Virus record (IMG/VR): IMGVR_UViG_2728369591_000003
Reading direction: 5' to 3' (one strand)
Length of the DNA: 40,367 nucleotides
Source of the DNA: a virus
Lineage: Duplodnaviria > Heunggongvirae > Uroviricota > Caudoviricetes
The position numbers were made by a program, and so were the translations under genes. Under the pieces are notes generated by a model that saw nothing but the letters and a program-made list of their open reading frames with translations, was not told where the DNA came from and did not search any database. This document shows positions 27,978 through 36,705 of this stretch, one piece after another. Position 1 is the first letter of the stretch. Each line of letters starts with the position of its first letter.

Positions 27978-28766
27978 TTACTGTGCCGCTTTGTTTAATT
28001 CATCAAGAACAGAATCAGGAACCAAAGCAGCAACTGCGCTGGCTGTGCTGGCCTTATTTGCTGATGCTTCCGCAAGCGCAGTACCGATAGCATGGTTATA
28101 AGCAGTTATGGCTACATTGGCGCTTTCATTCGCTCGTTCATACTGCTGTTGTAACGCAGTTGTGGGCGCTGTTGTCTGGTTGAATACAACCCCAAACTGT
28201 TCAGTTGCTACTTTCAGAGATTCAATTTGCTCTTCTGTTAGTGCTGGTGGGGGAGTGGCAGTGCCGCCGCCTGAACCAGAGCCTGACGAGCTTCCTGAGC
28301 CAGTGTTAAGGGTCTGGTTAATCTCCCCCATAGCAGCGACTAAACTTGATGTATTAAGCGCGTTTACAGCGTCCTCAAGCGATTTAGTAATAGTCACATC
28401 ACCAATGGCAATAGAGATCGGCAGTTCTGATACTTCTCGCTCATTAGCACGGCAGTAAACATCCCAACCAATATCGAGTTGAAGCAGCATTGACAGATCT
28501 GCATAACCAGCCAACAGGTCCGCGTGCTTAGTTGCCAGTTCTCCAATGTTCGTTAAGCCGGTTGTGGTTGTTCTGATCGTTGAAACATAGCTGGTAATAG
28601 TGTCGGGATAGACAATTGTATCCAGAATTAATCCGGTCAATTCTTCTGCAAGCAGTTTTGCTGTGTTAGCACTGTTTCGTGCCGATGTTATGGCACCAGG
28701 TGTTTTCATCCCACCGGCGGCGGCCAATTTTTTATATGCGGATAACTGGTAGTCTTTTTCCAGCAT
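27978..28766 (-). CDS. Conserved phage protein (262 aa), upfB position
   Basis: ATG at 28766 with AGGAG RBS at 6 nt (the track start at 28823 lacks an RBS). Contains a Gly/Ser-rich linker (GSGSSSGSGSGGG). Confidence 0.5.
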   Translation of the reverse strand: MLEKDYQLSAYKKLAAAGGMKTPGAITSARNSANTAKLLAEELTGLILDTIVYPDTITSYVSTIRTTTTGLTNIGELATKHADLLAGYADLSMLLQLDIGWDVYCRANEREVSELPISIAIGDVTITKSLEDAVNALNTSSLVAAMGEINQTLNTGSGSSSGSGSGGGTATPPPALTEEQIESLKVATEQFGVVFNQTTAPTTALQQQYERANESANVAITAYNHAIGTALAEASANKASTASAVAALVPDSVLDELNKAAQ

Positions 28767-28774
28767 GATATCTC

Positions 28775-29059
28775 CTAACTTACCTGAACCAGGCCGTCTC
28801 CGGACGCTACGGTAGATCCGCATGAAACAGGGTCACCAACGCATACGATCCCTTTACCATTGACGGTAAACCATGCCCTGGTTGATATAGCTTGCCCACC
28901 GTGCGTACTGTTTCCATCGGTATGCTGTGCATATTGCTTACCATCAACTAACACTTCGACTCCGTTGACTTTAAGTAGTGCTTCACTCTCTACAGGAGGC
29001 CTGGATGGGAATCCTCCGTGCCCCGAACAAATGCTGTCTTTTGTTGCAATACTTGCCAC
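28775..29059 (-). CDS. Small Cys/His/Gly-rich protein (94 aa) with PAAR-like pattern
   Basis: GTG start at 29059. Pattern CSGHGGFP...VNGVEVLVDG...HTDGNSTHGG...VNGKGIVCVGDPVSCGS... resembles the repeated metal-binding beta-strand motifs of PAAR spike-tip proteins. Confidence 0.4.
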   Translation of the reverse strand: MASIATKDSICSGHGGFPSRPPVESEALLKVNGVEVLVDGKQYAQHTDGNSTHGGQAISTRAWFTVNGKGIVCVGDPVSCGSTVASGDGLVQVS

Positions 29060-29140
29060 GTTATCACCAATTATTTGCTCTGATTTTCGTTATTTTAACT
29101 CAGGTTGTTTGTGGTCTACATGGAGTTCAACTATTGCAAA

Positions 29141-29157
29141 ATTGCTCTAATAAATAT
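29141..29157 (+). promoter_or_regulatory. C1-repressor operator-like 17-mer upstream of the uhr-hrdC-dmt operon
   Basis: ATTGCTCTAATAAATAT, 16 of 17 matches to the consensus. Confidence 0.55.
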
Positions 29158-29228
29158 TGTTTTTTATGTCGTATTTTCGGTACCATTCAGCCATCGCCCT
29201 TCAATGGGCATTTGTTTGGAGTCGTCAG

Positions 29229-29513
29229 ATGCAGATGGAGCTAATAAGCCGCAAGGAGTTCGATAGCCGTGTAACCAGCGGTGAACTCGACAACTTGCAG
29301 GCTATCAAGGTGAAAGAAGGCTTTTGCCTCATTGGGAATCAGAGCGGAACAAATCGCGTTTTTATGCTTCGCCGTACGGATTTGAAGCCATTTGTCTGGA
29401 AGAACGAAATTGGTCCCAGCTCATACGCTCAAACGAGGGGGTGCCACAACCTGGCCTTTTTCTACAAAGACGAGCTTTCTGTGGTTGATATTCAAGGGTT
29501 GCAACATGTTTAA
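29229..29513 (+). CDS. Small protein (94 aa) upstream of the rdgC homologue (uhr position)
   Basis: ATG at 29229; overlaps the hrdC start by 8 nt. The track start at 29157 is a TTG inside the operator and is unlikely. Confidence 0.45.
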   Translation: MQMELISRKEFDSRVTSGELDNLQAIKVKEGFCLIGNQSGTNRVFMLRRTDLKPFVWKNEIGPSSYAQTRGCHNLAFFYKDELSVVDIQGLQHV

Positions 29514-30411
29514 GCACTGGAAAAACATTACTATTTATAAACTTTCTCGTGAGGCGGATCTGACCGACTTAGAAGATAAAAAGAAAATGATCCTTTTCAC
29601 GCCATGCGGTAGTCAGGATATGGCCAAGTTCGGTTTTGTATCGCCATTTGGTGATAATTCCGAAGTTATCGCTATGCATGGAAATGGTTTTATCCTTGTT
29701 GAAGCAAAGCGCGAAACAAAAATTCTTCCCCCGCCGGTTATCCAGCGAGCTATTCAAGAAAAAATTGAAAAACTTGAGCAAGAACAAGCGCGTAAACTGA
29801 AGAAAACAGAGAAGGACTCCCTGAAAGACGAAGTTCTGCATTCTCTTCTGCCACGGGCTTTTTCAAAGTTTTCTGTTATCCAGGCGATCTACGACGGTTC
29901 AACTAAACGTATCTATATCAATGCCAGCGCGCGGCAGGCAGAGGATATGCTCGCGCTTATGCGTAAGTCTCTGGGTTCTCTTCCTGTTGTTCCCCTGAGT
30001 GTTGAAAATCCCATTGAATTAACGCTGACCGACTGGGTACGTGATGGTAGTGCTCCACAGGGATTTCAAATGGGGGATGCGGCTGAACTTAAGGCAGTGC
30101 TTGAGGATGGCGGTATTGCCCGAGTGAAAAAGCAGGATTTGGGAAGCGATGAAATTTCCACACACCTGGAAGCTGGCAAGCTCGTCACTAAGTTGGCACT
30201 CGACTGGCAGAACCGCATTAAATTTACACTGGACCATAACTTCAGCCTTACCAGCGTCAAATTTGCGGATGAATTGCTTGATCAGAACTCTGATATTGAT
30301 AGTGAAGATGTAGCGCAGCGACTGGACGCAGATTTCTTCCTGTTGACCAGTGAAATTTCGTGCCTGGTTGATGCTCTGGTAAATGCCCTTGGTGGAGAGG
30401 CTAAGCAGTGA
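29506..30411 (+). CDS. hrdC: RdgC-family recombination-associated protein (301 aa)
   Basis: Near full-length similarity to E. coli RdgC (KNxxxYRLSRE...[13 protein letters not shown]...[49 protein letters not shown]...GSLPVVPLS.[13 protein letters not shown]...GGEA). ATG at 29506. Confidence 0.9.
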   Translation: MFKHWKNITIYKLSREADLTDLEDKKKMILFTPCGSQDMAKFGFVSPFGDNSEVIAMHGNGFILVEAKRETKILPPPVIQRAIQEKIEKLEQEQARKLKKTEKDSLKDEVLHSLLPRAFSKFSVIQAIYDGSTKRIYINASARQAEDMLALMRKSLGSLPVVPLSVENPIELTLTDWVRDGSAPQGFQMGDAAELKAVLEDGGIARVKKQDLGSDEISTHLEAGKLVTKLALDWQNRIKFTLDHNFSLTSVKFADELLDQNSDIDSEDVAQRLDADFFLLTSEISCLVDALVNALGGEAKQ

Positions 30412-32426
30412 AAGAGCTGTGCTATGGATCTGTTTGCAGTGGAATTGAAGCCGCGAGTATTGCCTGGGAACCGTTGGGTATGCGTCCGGCGTGGTTTGCT
30501 GAAATCGAGCCTTTTCCATCTGCCGTTCTTGCGCACCGCTGGCCCCATGTCGCCAACCTTGGCGACATGACAAAACTTGCCAAAAAAGTCCTGGCTGGGG
30601 AAATCGAATCCCCTGATGTGCTCGTCGGGGGAACACCTTGTCAGGCATTCAGTATCGCTGGATTACGTGGTGGGCTTGATGATGAGCGTGGCGCGCTAAC
30701 TTTAAAGTATGTGGAGCTTGCAAATGCAATTGACGACAAACGGGCTGAGTCATTTCTCAAACCGACAGTTATCGTCTGGGAAAATGTCCCAGGAGTCCTG
30801 TCATCGGCAGATAACGCCTTCGGATGTTTCCTTGCCGGATTGGCTGGAGAAGATGCGCCATTTGAACCAGGTGATCGACCTGAATCAGGAAAAAGTAACG
30901 CGTTCTGGCGGTGGGATGGCAAAACCGGTTGCCATGCTCCAAAGTGGCCGCAGTGTGGTTGTATTTATGGACCGCAGCGAAAGGTGGCCTGGAGAATCCT
31001 TGATGCCCAATACTTCGGAGTGGCACAACGACGCCGACGCGTGTTTGTTGTCGCAAGTGCTCGAACAGACCTCGATCCCGCAACGGTACTTTTTGAGTTC
31101 GAAGGCGTGCGCCGGAATATTGCGCCGAGCAGAGGCGAGGGGAAGGAAACTACCAGATATACTTCAGACATCGCTATCAGATCTTGCGATGATACAAACA
31201 TAGTTGCCATGGCACATGGGCAAGGAGGGGCTGAGATAAAAACCGATAATTCGGCACCAACTTTGACATGTAACCATGAAGCACCAATTGTATTGCTCGG
31301 CGACGGTAGAATGCGCCGTCTTACCCCTGTCGAATGTGAAAGGCTGCAAGGTTTTCCTGATGGGCATACGTTGATCCCGACGGAAAAGCGTAAAAAAGTT
31401 AATTCAGATGAACTGGCATATCTTCGCAATCACTATCCAGATTTAAGCGAAGAAGAGGCCGCGATGCTTGCAGCTGACGGACCGCGTTACAAAGCGATCG
31501 GCAATAGTATGGCAATACCAGTAATGTGCTGGATTGGCGATCGGATTACTAAGGCCGTATGTCGGCAGAAAGAAGGAAGTGAAACAAAAGAGCGAAAAGT
31601 TAAACCAGCGGCAGAATTCGAACGGTCCATATTCAAATGGGCTGGTGGAAAATTTGGTGTTCTGGAACAAATCTTTCGCTATTTGCCAGAAGGGAAGCGC
31701 CTGATCGAACCTTTTGTCGGTGGCGGAGCTGTCTTCACGAATGCCGGATACCAGGAAAATCTGCTAAATGATGTGAATGCTGACCTGATTAACTTTTACA
31801 AGACTCTGCAACGCGAGGCGCATTCACTTATCACACTGGCGCATCGTTTCTTCCAGGACTACAACACACAGGAAGGATACCTGGCAGTACGGAATGCGTT
31901 TAACAAACAAGTCTATGATGATTTACATCGCGCAGCGGCGTTTTTGTTCCTGAACCGACATTGTTTTAACGGATTGACGCGTTACAACCAGGCCGGTGAG
32001 TTCAATGTCGGTTACGGGAAGTATAAAACTCCGTATTTCCCATTACAGGAGATGGAAGCCTTCCTCGGTGCGGAAGGGCGGTCTGAGTTTGTATGCGGTG
32101 ATTTTGCAGCGGTGATTGAAGCTGCCGGAGAAGGAGATGTCATCTTTTGCGATCCGCCGTATGAACCGCTTCCAAATACAGAGGGATTCACGAACTATTC
32201 CGGTCATGACTTTAAGTTTGAAGAGCAAAAACGCCTGGTGTCTCTGTTGACGGATGCTCATCGTCGAGGTGCAAAGGTTCTCATTACTAACAGTGGCGCG
32301 CCAAACATCAGAGAGCTTTATCATGACAGTGGCTTCAGAGTGGAACCTCTTTTTGCCAGACGTTCTGTGTCTTGTAAGGGGGACACTCGAGGTGTAGCTC
32401 ATGACGTTTTGGGTATATTGCTCTAA
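30408..32426 (+). CDS. dmt: Bifunctional DNA methyltransferase (672 aa): N-terminal C5-cytosine MTase fused to C-terminal Dam-like N6-adenine MTase
   Basis: GTG start overlapping the hrdC stop, after GGAGAGG. N-terminal half has C5-MTase motifs ([10 protein letters not shown]; [12 protein letters not shown]; ENVPGV). C-terminal half has Dam-type motifs (FKWAGGK; [10 protein letters not shown]; DPPY). Same fusion architecture as P1 Dmt. Confidence 0.9.
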   Translation: MKELCYGSVCSGIEAASIAWEPLGMRPAWFAEIEPFPSAVLAHRWPHVANLGDMTKLAKKVLAGEIESPDVLVGGTPCQAFSIAGLRGGLDDERGALTLKYVELANAIDDKRAESFLKPTVIVWENVPGVLSSADNAFGCFLAGLAGEDAPFEPGDRPESGKSNAFWRWDGKTGCHAPKWPQCGCIYGPQRKVAWRILDAQYFGVAQRRRRVFVVASARTDLDPATVLFEFEGVRRNIAPSRGEGKETTRYTSDIAIRSCDDTNIVAMAHGQGGAEIKTDNSAPTLTCNHEAPIVLLGDGRMRRLTPVECERLQGFPDGHTLIPTEKRKKVNSDELAYLRNHYPDLSEEEAAMLAADGPRYKAIGNSMAIPVMCWIGDRITKAVCRQKEGSETKERKVKPAAEFERSIFKWAGGKFGVLEQIFRYLPEGKRLIEPFVGGGAVFTNAGYQENLLNDVNADLINFYKTLQREAHSLITLAHRFFQDYNTQEGYLAVRNAFNKQVYDDLHRAAAFLFLNRHCFNGLTRYNQAGEFNVGYGKYKTPYFPLQEMEAFLGAEGRSEFVCGDFAAVIEAAGEGDVIFCDPPYEPLPNTEGFTNYSGHDFKFEEQKRLVSLLTDAHRRGAKVLITNSGAPNIRELYHDSGFRVEPLFARRSVSCKGDTRGVAHDVLGILL

Positions 32427-32443
32427 TAAATTTATTAGTGTAA
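32417..32443. promoter_or_regulatory. Perfect C1 operator 17-mer overlapping the dmt stop codon, with an inverted partner half-site
   Basis: ATTGCTCTAATAAATTT at 32417-32433 is an exact consensus match and encodes the last residues and stop of Dmt. The overlapping CACTAATAAATTT on the opposite strand (to 32443) forms a second, imperfect site in inverted orientation. Confidence 0.55.
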
Positions 32444-32607
32444 TATCGCCTCAATGAATCGTGATTTATAGAGCGATTTAGCTGTTAGCCGCGACAGGCG
32501 CGGCGGTAAGCATGGCTGGGCCTAGTCCTCCCAGACAAACCACCGAGTTGCCAGGTTGACCATGCGCCTAAGTGGCAACGCCGAAGTGCGTTACGAGCTT
32601 CCAGTTT

Positions 32608-32634
32608 GCCCATCTTCGGGTGGGCGTTTTTTTC
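32608..32634 (+). terminator. Rho-independent terminator
   Basis: GCCCATC ttcg GGTGGGC followed by GTTTTTTTC. Confidence 0.6.
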
Positions 32635-33098
32635 AGGGTTTTCGTCATGGTTAGCGACTTTGCGGCGGTTTAGAAACTGACCATTAAAGTAAATGCAAAC
32701 GATGATCTGATGATGGTAGCGGCCTAAGAAGCCAGATGCCACGGGGTATGAGTCGTCCCCCGTCAAAAAATCGACCGCAGAGTGTCCCCGTCTGTGTATT
32801 AGGGAACGGGGAGGCACAACAGGTAAGGGCGCTGGTGTGATTAACCAGATGAACGAGAAGGGGCCATCTGTTGGTCAGCGTCCTTTCCTGTTGCGTTTTC
32901 TTTTCAGCGTAACAGCGGTGCTTAACAGCACTTTGGGTACAGTTCCACGAATTTACGGGTATATCCCGTCATGCTGAAGGCGCTAATCACGCTGGAAGCC
33001 AGGGTTGTGCATCCCCTGTTACCGAATTGCAGCCAGGGCGCGGTGCGCCGAAAAGCATACGGAGGTGGAAGCCCTCGCCGGAGACGTACCCGGCAAGT

Positions 33099-33174
33099 GA
33101 TGGTGTAGCTCAGTTGGTAGAGCGCCTGCCTTGTAAGCAGGATGTCAGCGGTTCGAGTCCGTTAATCGGCACCA
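33099..33174 (+). tRNA. tRNA-Thr(UGU)-like gene with an imperfect acceptor stem (possibly degenerate)
   Basis: 76 nt ending in encoded CCA. D arm (GCTC AGTTGGTA GAGC), anticodon arm (CCTGC CTTGTAA GCAGG, anticodon UGU) and T arm (AGCGG TTCGAGT CCGTT) are canonical. The 5' acceptor strand GATGGTG pairs with the 3' strand AATCGGC at only 5 of 7 positions (two G-U pairs, two mismatches). Confidence 0.45.
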
Positions 33175-33402
33175 GCACAACAGGTAAGGGTATTTTGCGA
33201 CGTCGGAGATCGCCGAGCTTGGCAGAGGGTTCGAATCCCTACGAAGTACCCTTACCGTTGTGATGAAGTGCAGCTCTTTGAAGCAACCAGAAGATAAGCA
33301 TCTGGCTTCACAACATAAACCGCAGGAACGACCAATAAACGGTAGTCCGTATGGAGAACACCCCGTTGAGGAAGAGGCCTGGCCGGAACCGTAACCGGCA
33401 CT

Positions 33403-33494
33403 ACAACGTTGAGAACACTGGCGTAACGGGGTCATATCCCAATCTACGAATAAATGTTGCGTTGCAGCGTGACAACCAGTGTTCTCAACATTGT
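33403..33494 (+). repeat. Structured repeat element, copy A (long stem enclosing a conserved core)
   Basis: ACAACGTTGAGAACACTGG (33403-33421) pairs with CCAGTGTTCTCAACATTGT (33476-33494) at 18 of 19 positions and encloses the core CGTAACGGGGTCATATCCCAATCTACG. Confidence 0.55.
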
Positions 33495-33684
33495 GGTGAA
33501 TGCACAGGCTGATGTGCCGCAACTACAGTAGTGCGCGCTTTGCGGGGCTTGCTACAACCCTGTGTCGGAGTTCAGCACCGACCATCACAGTTTGATTCTC
33601 TGGCATGAGCATAACGCTGAAATAAGTCCAGCCTGGTGCGGCCCGATCACCCGCCGTTAGCTCCACGAAACGGAGCACGTAACA

Positions 33685-33766
33685 GGTAAGAGCATTCTCC
33701 TGTAACGGGTTCATATCCCAATCTACAGGTCCACCAAGAATGCTCTTTCCGTTGCGGTGAATGCGG
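33685..33766 (+). repeat. Structured repeat element, copy B
   Basis: Stem AAGAGCATTCT / AGAATGCTCTT (33688-33698 with 33737-33747) encloses the core CTGTAACGGGTTCATATCCCAATCTACAGG. The core is conserved with copy A while the stems differ but stay complementary. Shared 3' flank GYGGTGAATGC. Confidence 0.55.
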
Positions 33767-33906
33767 CTAAGCGCACGCGGGGAAATGGTTATATCAGTCC
33801 ATTCATTTCTCCTTGTTTCCCCGTCCACGGTGGATAACCAGCCAAAGGACACCGGGAGGCACCCGGCACCGCAGCTTTTTTATTCGTTAAATAATGGAGT
33901 GAGAGG

Positions 33907-34143
33907 ATGCAGAACAATCCGAACAAATGTCGAACGCTATGGGTGCGGTTATATATTTATGCCGTCCTCTGTTTGATTGTGTCACTGGTTCTGTATGTTT
34001 GGCTTTTGCCAAATATGATCTCATCTAACAGCACAATACTTGTATTGTTGGGAGTCCTTCTCGCGCTCATTTACCCGGCTTTCGCAGTAGTCTTTTTTCG
34101 TGAAAAAACCAGGAAATTAATTAATGAAAAAAACGTTGATTAG
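33907..34143 (+). CDS. upl: Small two-TM membrane protein (78 aa), upl position
   Basis: ATG at 33907 with GGAG RBS. Two hydrophobic helices. Overlaps the start of the downstream SPFH lipoprotein gene. Confidence 0.5.
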   Translation: MQNNPNKCRTLWVRLYIYAVLCLIVSLVLYVWLLPNMISSNSTILVLLGVLLALIYPAFAVVFFREKTRKLINEKNVD

Positions 34144-34951
34144 TGCAGCGATTATTTTGGGTTCTTTATGTCTGACCGGATGCGATCGGGTAGAGCCAGG
34201 TAACGTAGGGATCAAAGTAAATAAGCTGGGGGATGATAAAGGTATCGGTGAAGTAGTTGGCGTTGGTCGCTACTGGACAGGCTTGAATACTGAAGTTTAT
34301 ATCTTCCCGACCTTTAAGCAAATGAAGACATACGATGAGCCGTTCAGCTTCCAGATGAGCGACGGAACAACCATTGGTTACCACATCGGCGTAGCCTACA
34401 AGGTTGATCCAGCAAAAGTCACAACGGTATTTCAGACCTATCGCAAAGGTGTAGATGATATTACTGATACCGATCTACGCCAGAAGGTTGCAGATGCTCT
34501 GAACCGGTTAGCCAGCAAAATGACCACCGACAAATTTATCGACGGTGGCAAATCTGAATTGCTTGATGCAGCCCTTAAAGACATTCAGGAAGAAATGACG
34601 CCAATCGGCATTCAGGTGATGAGCCTCTCTTATGTAGGTAAGCCAGAATACCCGCCAACAGTTATTGACAGTATTAACGCCAAAGTCACGGCAAACCAAA
34701 AAACCCTGCAACGCGAGCAAGAGGTCAAACAACGTGAAGCAGAGGCCAACATGCTGCGCGCGGAAGCTGCCGGACAGGCTGATGCTATTCGCACAAAAGC
34801 CCAGGCCGAAGCTGATGCCATTCGTTTACGTGGTGAAGCTCTGCGCCAGAACCCCGGTGTTATGGAGTTGGAAGCGATCAACAAATGGAACGGTACATTA
34901 CCGCAGTATATGACCAGTAATACCGCTGTTCCGTTTGTTCCGGTGAAATAA
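34124..34951 (+). CDS. plp: SPFH/band-7 (prohibitin-like) lipoprotein (275 aa)
   Basis: ATG at 34124 with AGGAAA RBS. Lipobox LTGC. Then an SPFH-like core and a C-terminal Ala/Glu/Arg/Gln-rich coiled coil (QREQEVKQREAEANMLRAEAAGQADAIRTKAQAEADAIRLRGEALRQ). Confidence 0.7.
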   Translation: MKKTLISAAIILGSLCLTGCDRVEPGNVGIKVNKLGDDKGIGEVVGVGRYWTGLNTEVYIFPTFKQMKTYDEPFSFQMSDGTTIGYHIGVAYKVDPAKVTTVFQTYRKGVDDITDTDLRQKVADALNRLASKMTTDKFIDGGKSELLDAALKDIQEEMTPIGIQVMSLSYVGKPEYPPTVIDSINAKVTANQKTLQREQEVKQREAEANMLRAEAAGQADAIRTKAQAEADAIRLRGEALRQNPGVMELEAINKWNGTLPQYMTSNTAVPFVPVK

Positions 34952-34978
34952 AAGCGTAAGCAAAATTGGCAGTAATCC

Positions 34979-35054
34979 GGCCCTTTAGCTCAGTGGTTAG
35001 AGCTGGCGACTCATAATCGCACGGTCACCGGTTCAAGTCCGGTAGGGGCCACCA
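34979..35054 (+). tRNA. tRNA-Ile2 (anticodon CAU, lysidine type)
   Basis: 76 nt. Acceptor GGCCCTT/AGGGGCC, D arm GCTC AGTGGTTA GAGC, anticodon loop CTCATAA, T arm ACCGG TTCAAGT CCGGT, CCA encoded. Close to E. coli ileX rather than initiator or elongator tRNA-Met. Confidence 0.85.
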
Positions 35055-35340
35055 TATTTGGTTGTAACACGGCGTCTGGCACATGCGTCGTTAGCGGTCT
35101 GGTGACGTTAAAAGGGGGGAACCTTGCCCCTAGCTCAGGCAACGAACCAGGTAGCCGGAATGTGCAAGCCACCGTTTGTTGTTTCTCGGGTAAAGGGATT
35201 CACCATCCTGGCGATTCGGTGTGACAGCCGGGAAGAGTCCGGCGCATTAATCCTGATTTTCTGGTGATGACTCATATCGTTAGGAGTGATTTGAGTATGC
35301 CGATTATATCTGACATTCAGCACGCCTGGGTGGAGTGCTA

Positions 35341-36705
35341 ATGTCTGCATCCCCTCTTGAATCCATGCCAAATTCCCTTAGTGCAGAACAAGCTGTACTT
35401 GGTGGCTTAATGCTTGATAACTGCCGCTGGGATGAAGTTGCAGATCGTATAGTTGCTGATGATTTTTATACCAGTGCTCATCGTGAAATTTTCAGTGAGA
35501 TGGAGAGGTTATTAAGTCATGGCAAACCGATTGATTTGATAACACTTGCTGAAGCACTTGAACAGAACGGTAAATTAGAACGCGCCGGTGGTTTTGCGTA
35601 CCTTGCGGAGATGTCAAAGAACACGCCCAGCGCGGCAAATATTTGTGCTTATGCCGATATCGTTCGTGAACGCGCGGTTGTTCGTGAAATGATTTCCGTC
35701 GCAAATGAAATAGCCGAAGCTGGATATGCGCAGGATGGCAGGGGCAGCAATGAATTGCTGGATATGGCCGAGCGCCGCGTTTTTGAAATAGCTGAAAAAC
35801 GACAAAAGAGCGGTAGTGGTCCAAAAGATATCGCCAGCATTCTCGATGCGACGGTATCTCGCATAGAAGAGTTGTTTCAGCGACCACATGATGGTGTAAC
35901 GGGGCTTGATACGGGATTTACCGATCTCAATAAGAAGACGGCAGGGCTTCAGCCGTCCGATCTCATCATTGTCGCCGCCCGCCCATCTATGGGGAAGACC
36001 ACGTTTGCGATGAATCTCGTCGAAAATGCCGCAGTTCGTAACGATAAGCCCGTATTGGTTTTTAGCCTTGAGATGCCGAGCCACCAGCTGATGATGCGCT
36101 CACTGGCTTCTCTTGCACGCGTTGATCAGACTCGTATTCGGACAGGGCAACTTAACGACGAGGATTGGGCGCGGGTTTCTGGCGCAATGGGTATTCTGTT
36201 GGACAAGCAGAATATTTTTATTGATGACTCAAGCGCCCTGACGCCGACAGAGCTACGTTCCCGCGCTCGTCGTGTTTATAAAGAAAATGGTGGTTTGAGC
36301 ATGATTATGATCGACTACCTGCAACTTATGCGCGTCCCCGAGCTGCAAGATAACCGAACGCTGGAAATTGCCGAGATTTCTCGCTCACTGAAGGCGTTGG
36401 CGAAGGAATTACAAGTACCGGTGGTGGCATTGTCACAACTTAATCGATCGCTTGAACAGCGTGCGGACAAACGACCGGTAAATTCAGATTTACGTGAATC
36501 AGGAGCAATTGAGCAGGACGCAGACCTGATTATGTTTCTGTATCGCGACGAAGTTTATCACCCGGATAGCGAAATGAAGGGCATTGCCGAGGTAATTATC
36601 GGAAAGCAACGAAATGGCCCAATTGGCACGGTGAGATTGGCTTTTAACGGCCAATACTCACGGTTTGATAACTATGCCGGTGCTGACTGGCAAGAGGATT
36701 ATTAA
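35341..36705 (+). CDS. ban: Ban replicative DNA helicase (DnaB family, ~454 aa)
   Basis: Walker A RPSMGKTTFAMN; DnaB-type N-terminal domain (LGGLMLDN...) and C-terminal RecA-like domain (DYLQLM...ALSQLNRSLEQR). ATG at 35341 with GGAG RBS; the track start at 35335 is a GTG two codons earlier. A 14-codon upstream ORF (35297-35341) ends in TAATG overlapping the ban start. Confidence 0.9.
   Translation: MSASPLESMPNSLSAEQAVLGGLMLDNCRWDEVADRIVADDFYTSAHREIFSEMERLLSHGKPIDLITLAEALEQNGKLERAGGFAYLAEMSKNTPSAANICAYADIVRERAVVREMISVANEIAEAGYAQDGRGSNELLDMAERRVFEIAEKRQKSGSGPKDIASILDATVSRIEELFQRPHDGVTGLDTGFTDLNKKTAGLQPSDLIIVAARPSMGKTTFAMNLVENAAVRNDKPVLVFSLEMPSHQLMMRSLASLARVDQTRIRTGQLNDEDWARVSGAMGILLDKQNIFIDDSSALTPTELRSRARRVYKENGGLSMIMIDYLQLMRVPELQDNRTLEIAEISRSLKALAKELQVPVVALSQLNRSLEQRADKRPVNSDLRESGAIEQDADLIMFLYRDEVYHPDSEMKGIAEVIIGKQRNGPIGTVRLAFNGQYSRFDNYAGADWQEDY

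Noticed and set aside
32485-33852. ORFs in the tRNA island (32485-32817, 33027-33263, 33145-33522, 33523-33852)
   Set aside because: No RBS or operon context. Two of them share the peptide VDWDM only because both read through the conserved repeat core. The region is better explained as non-coding RNA elements.
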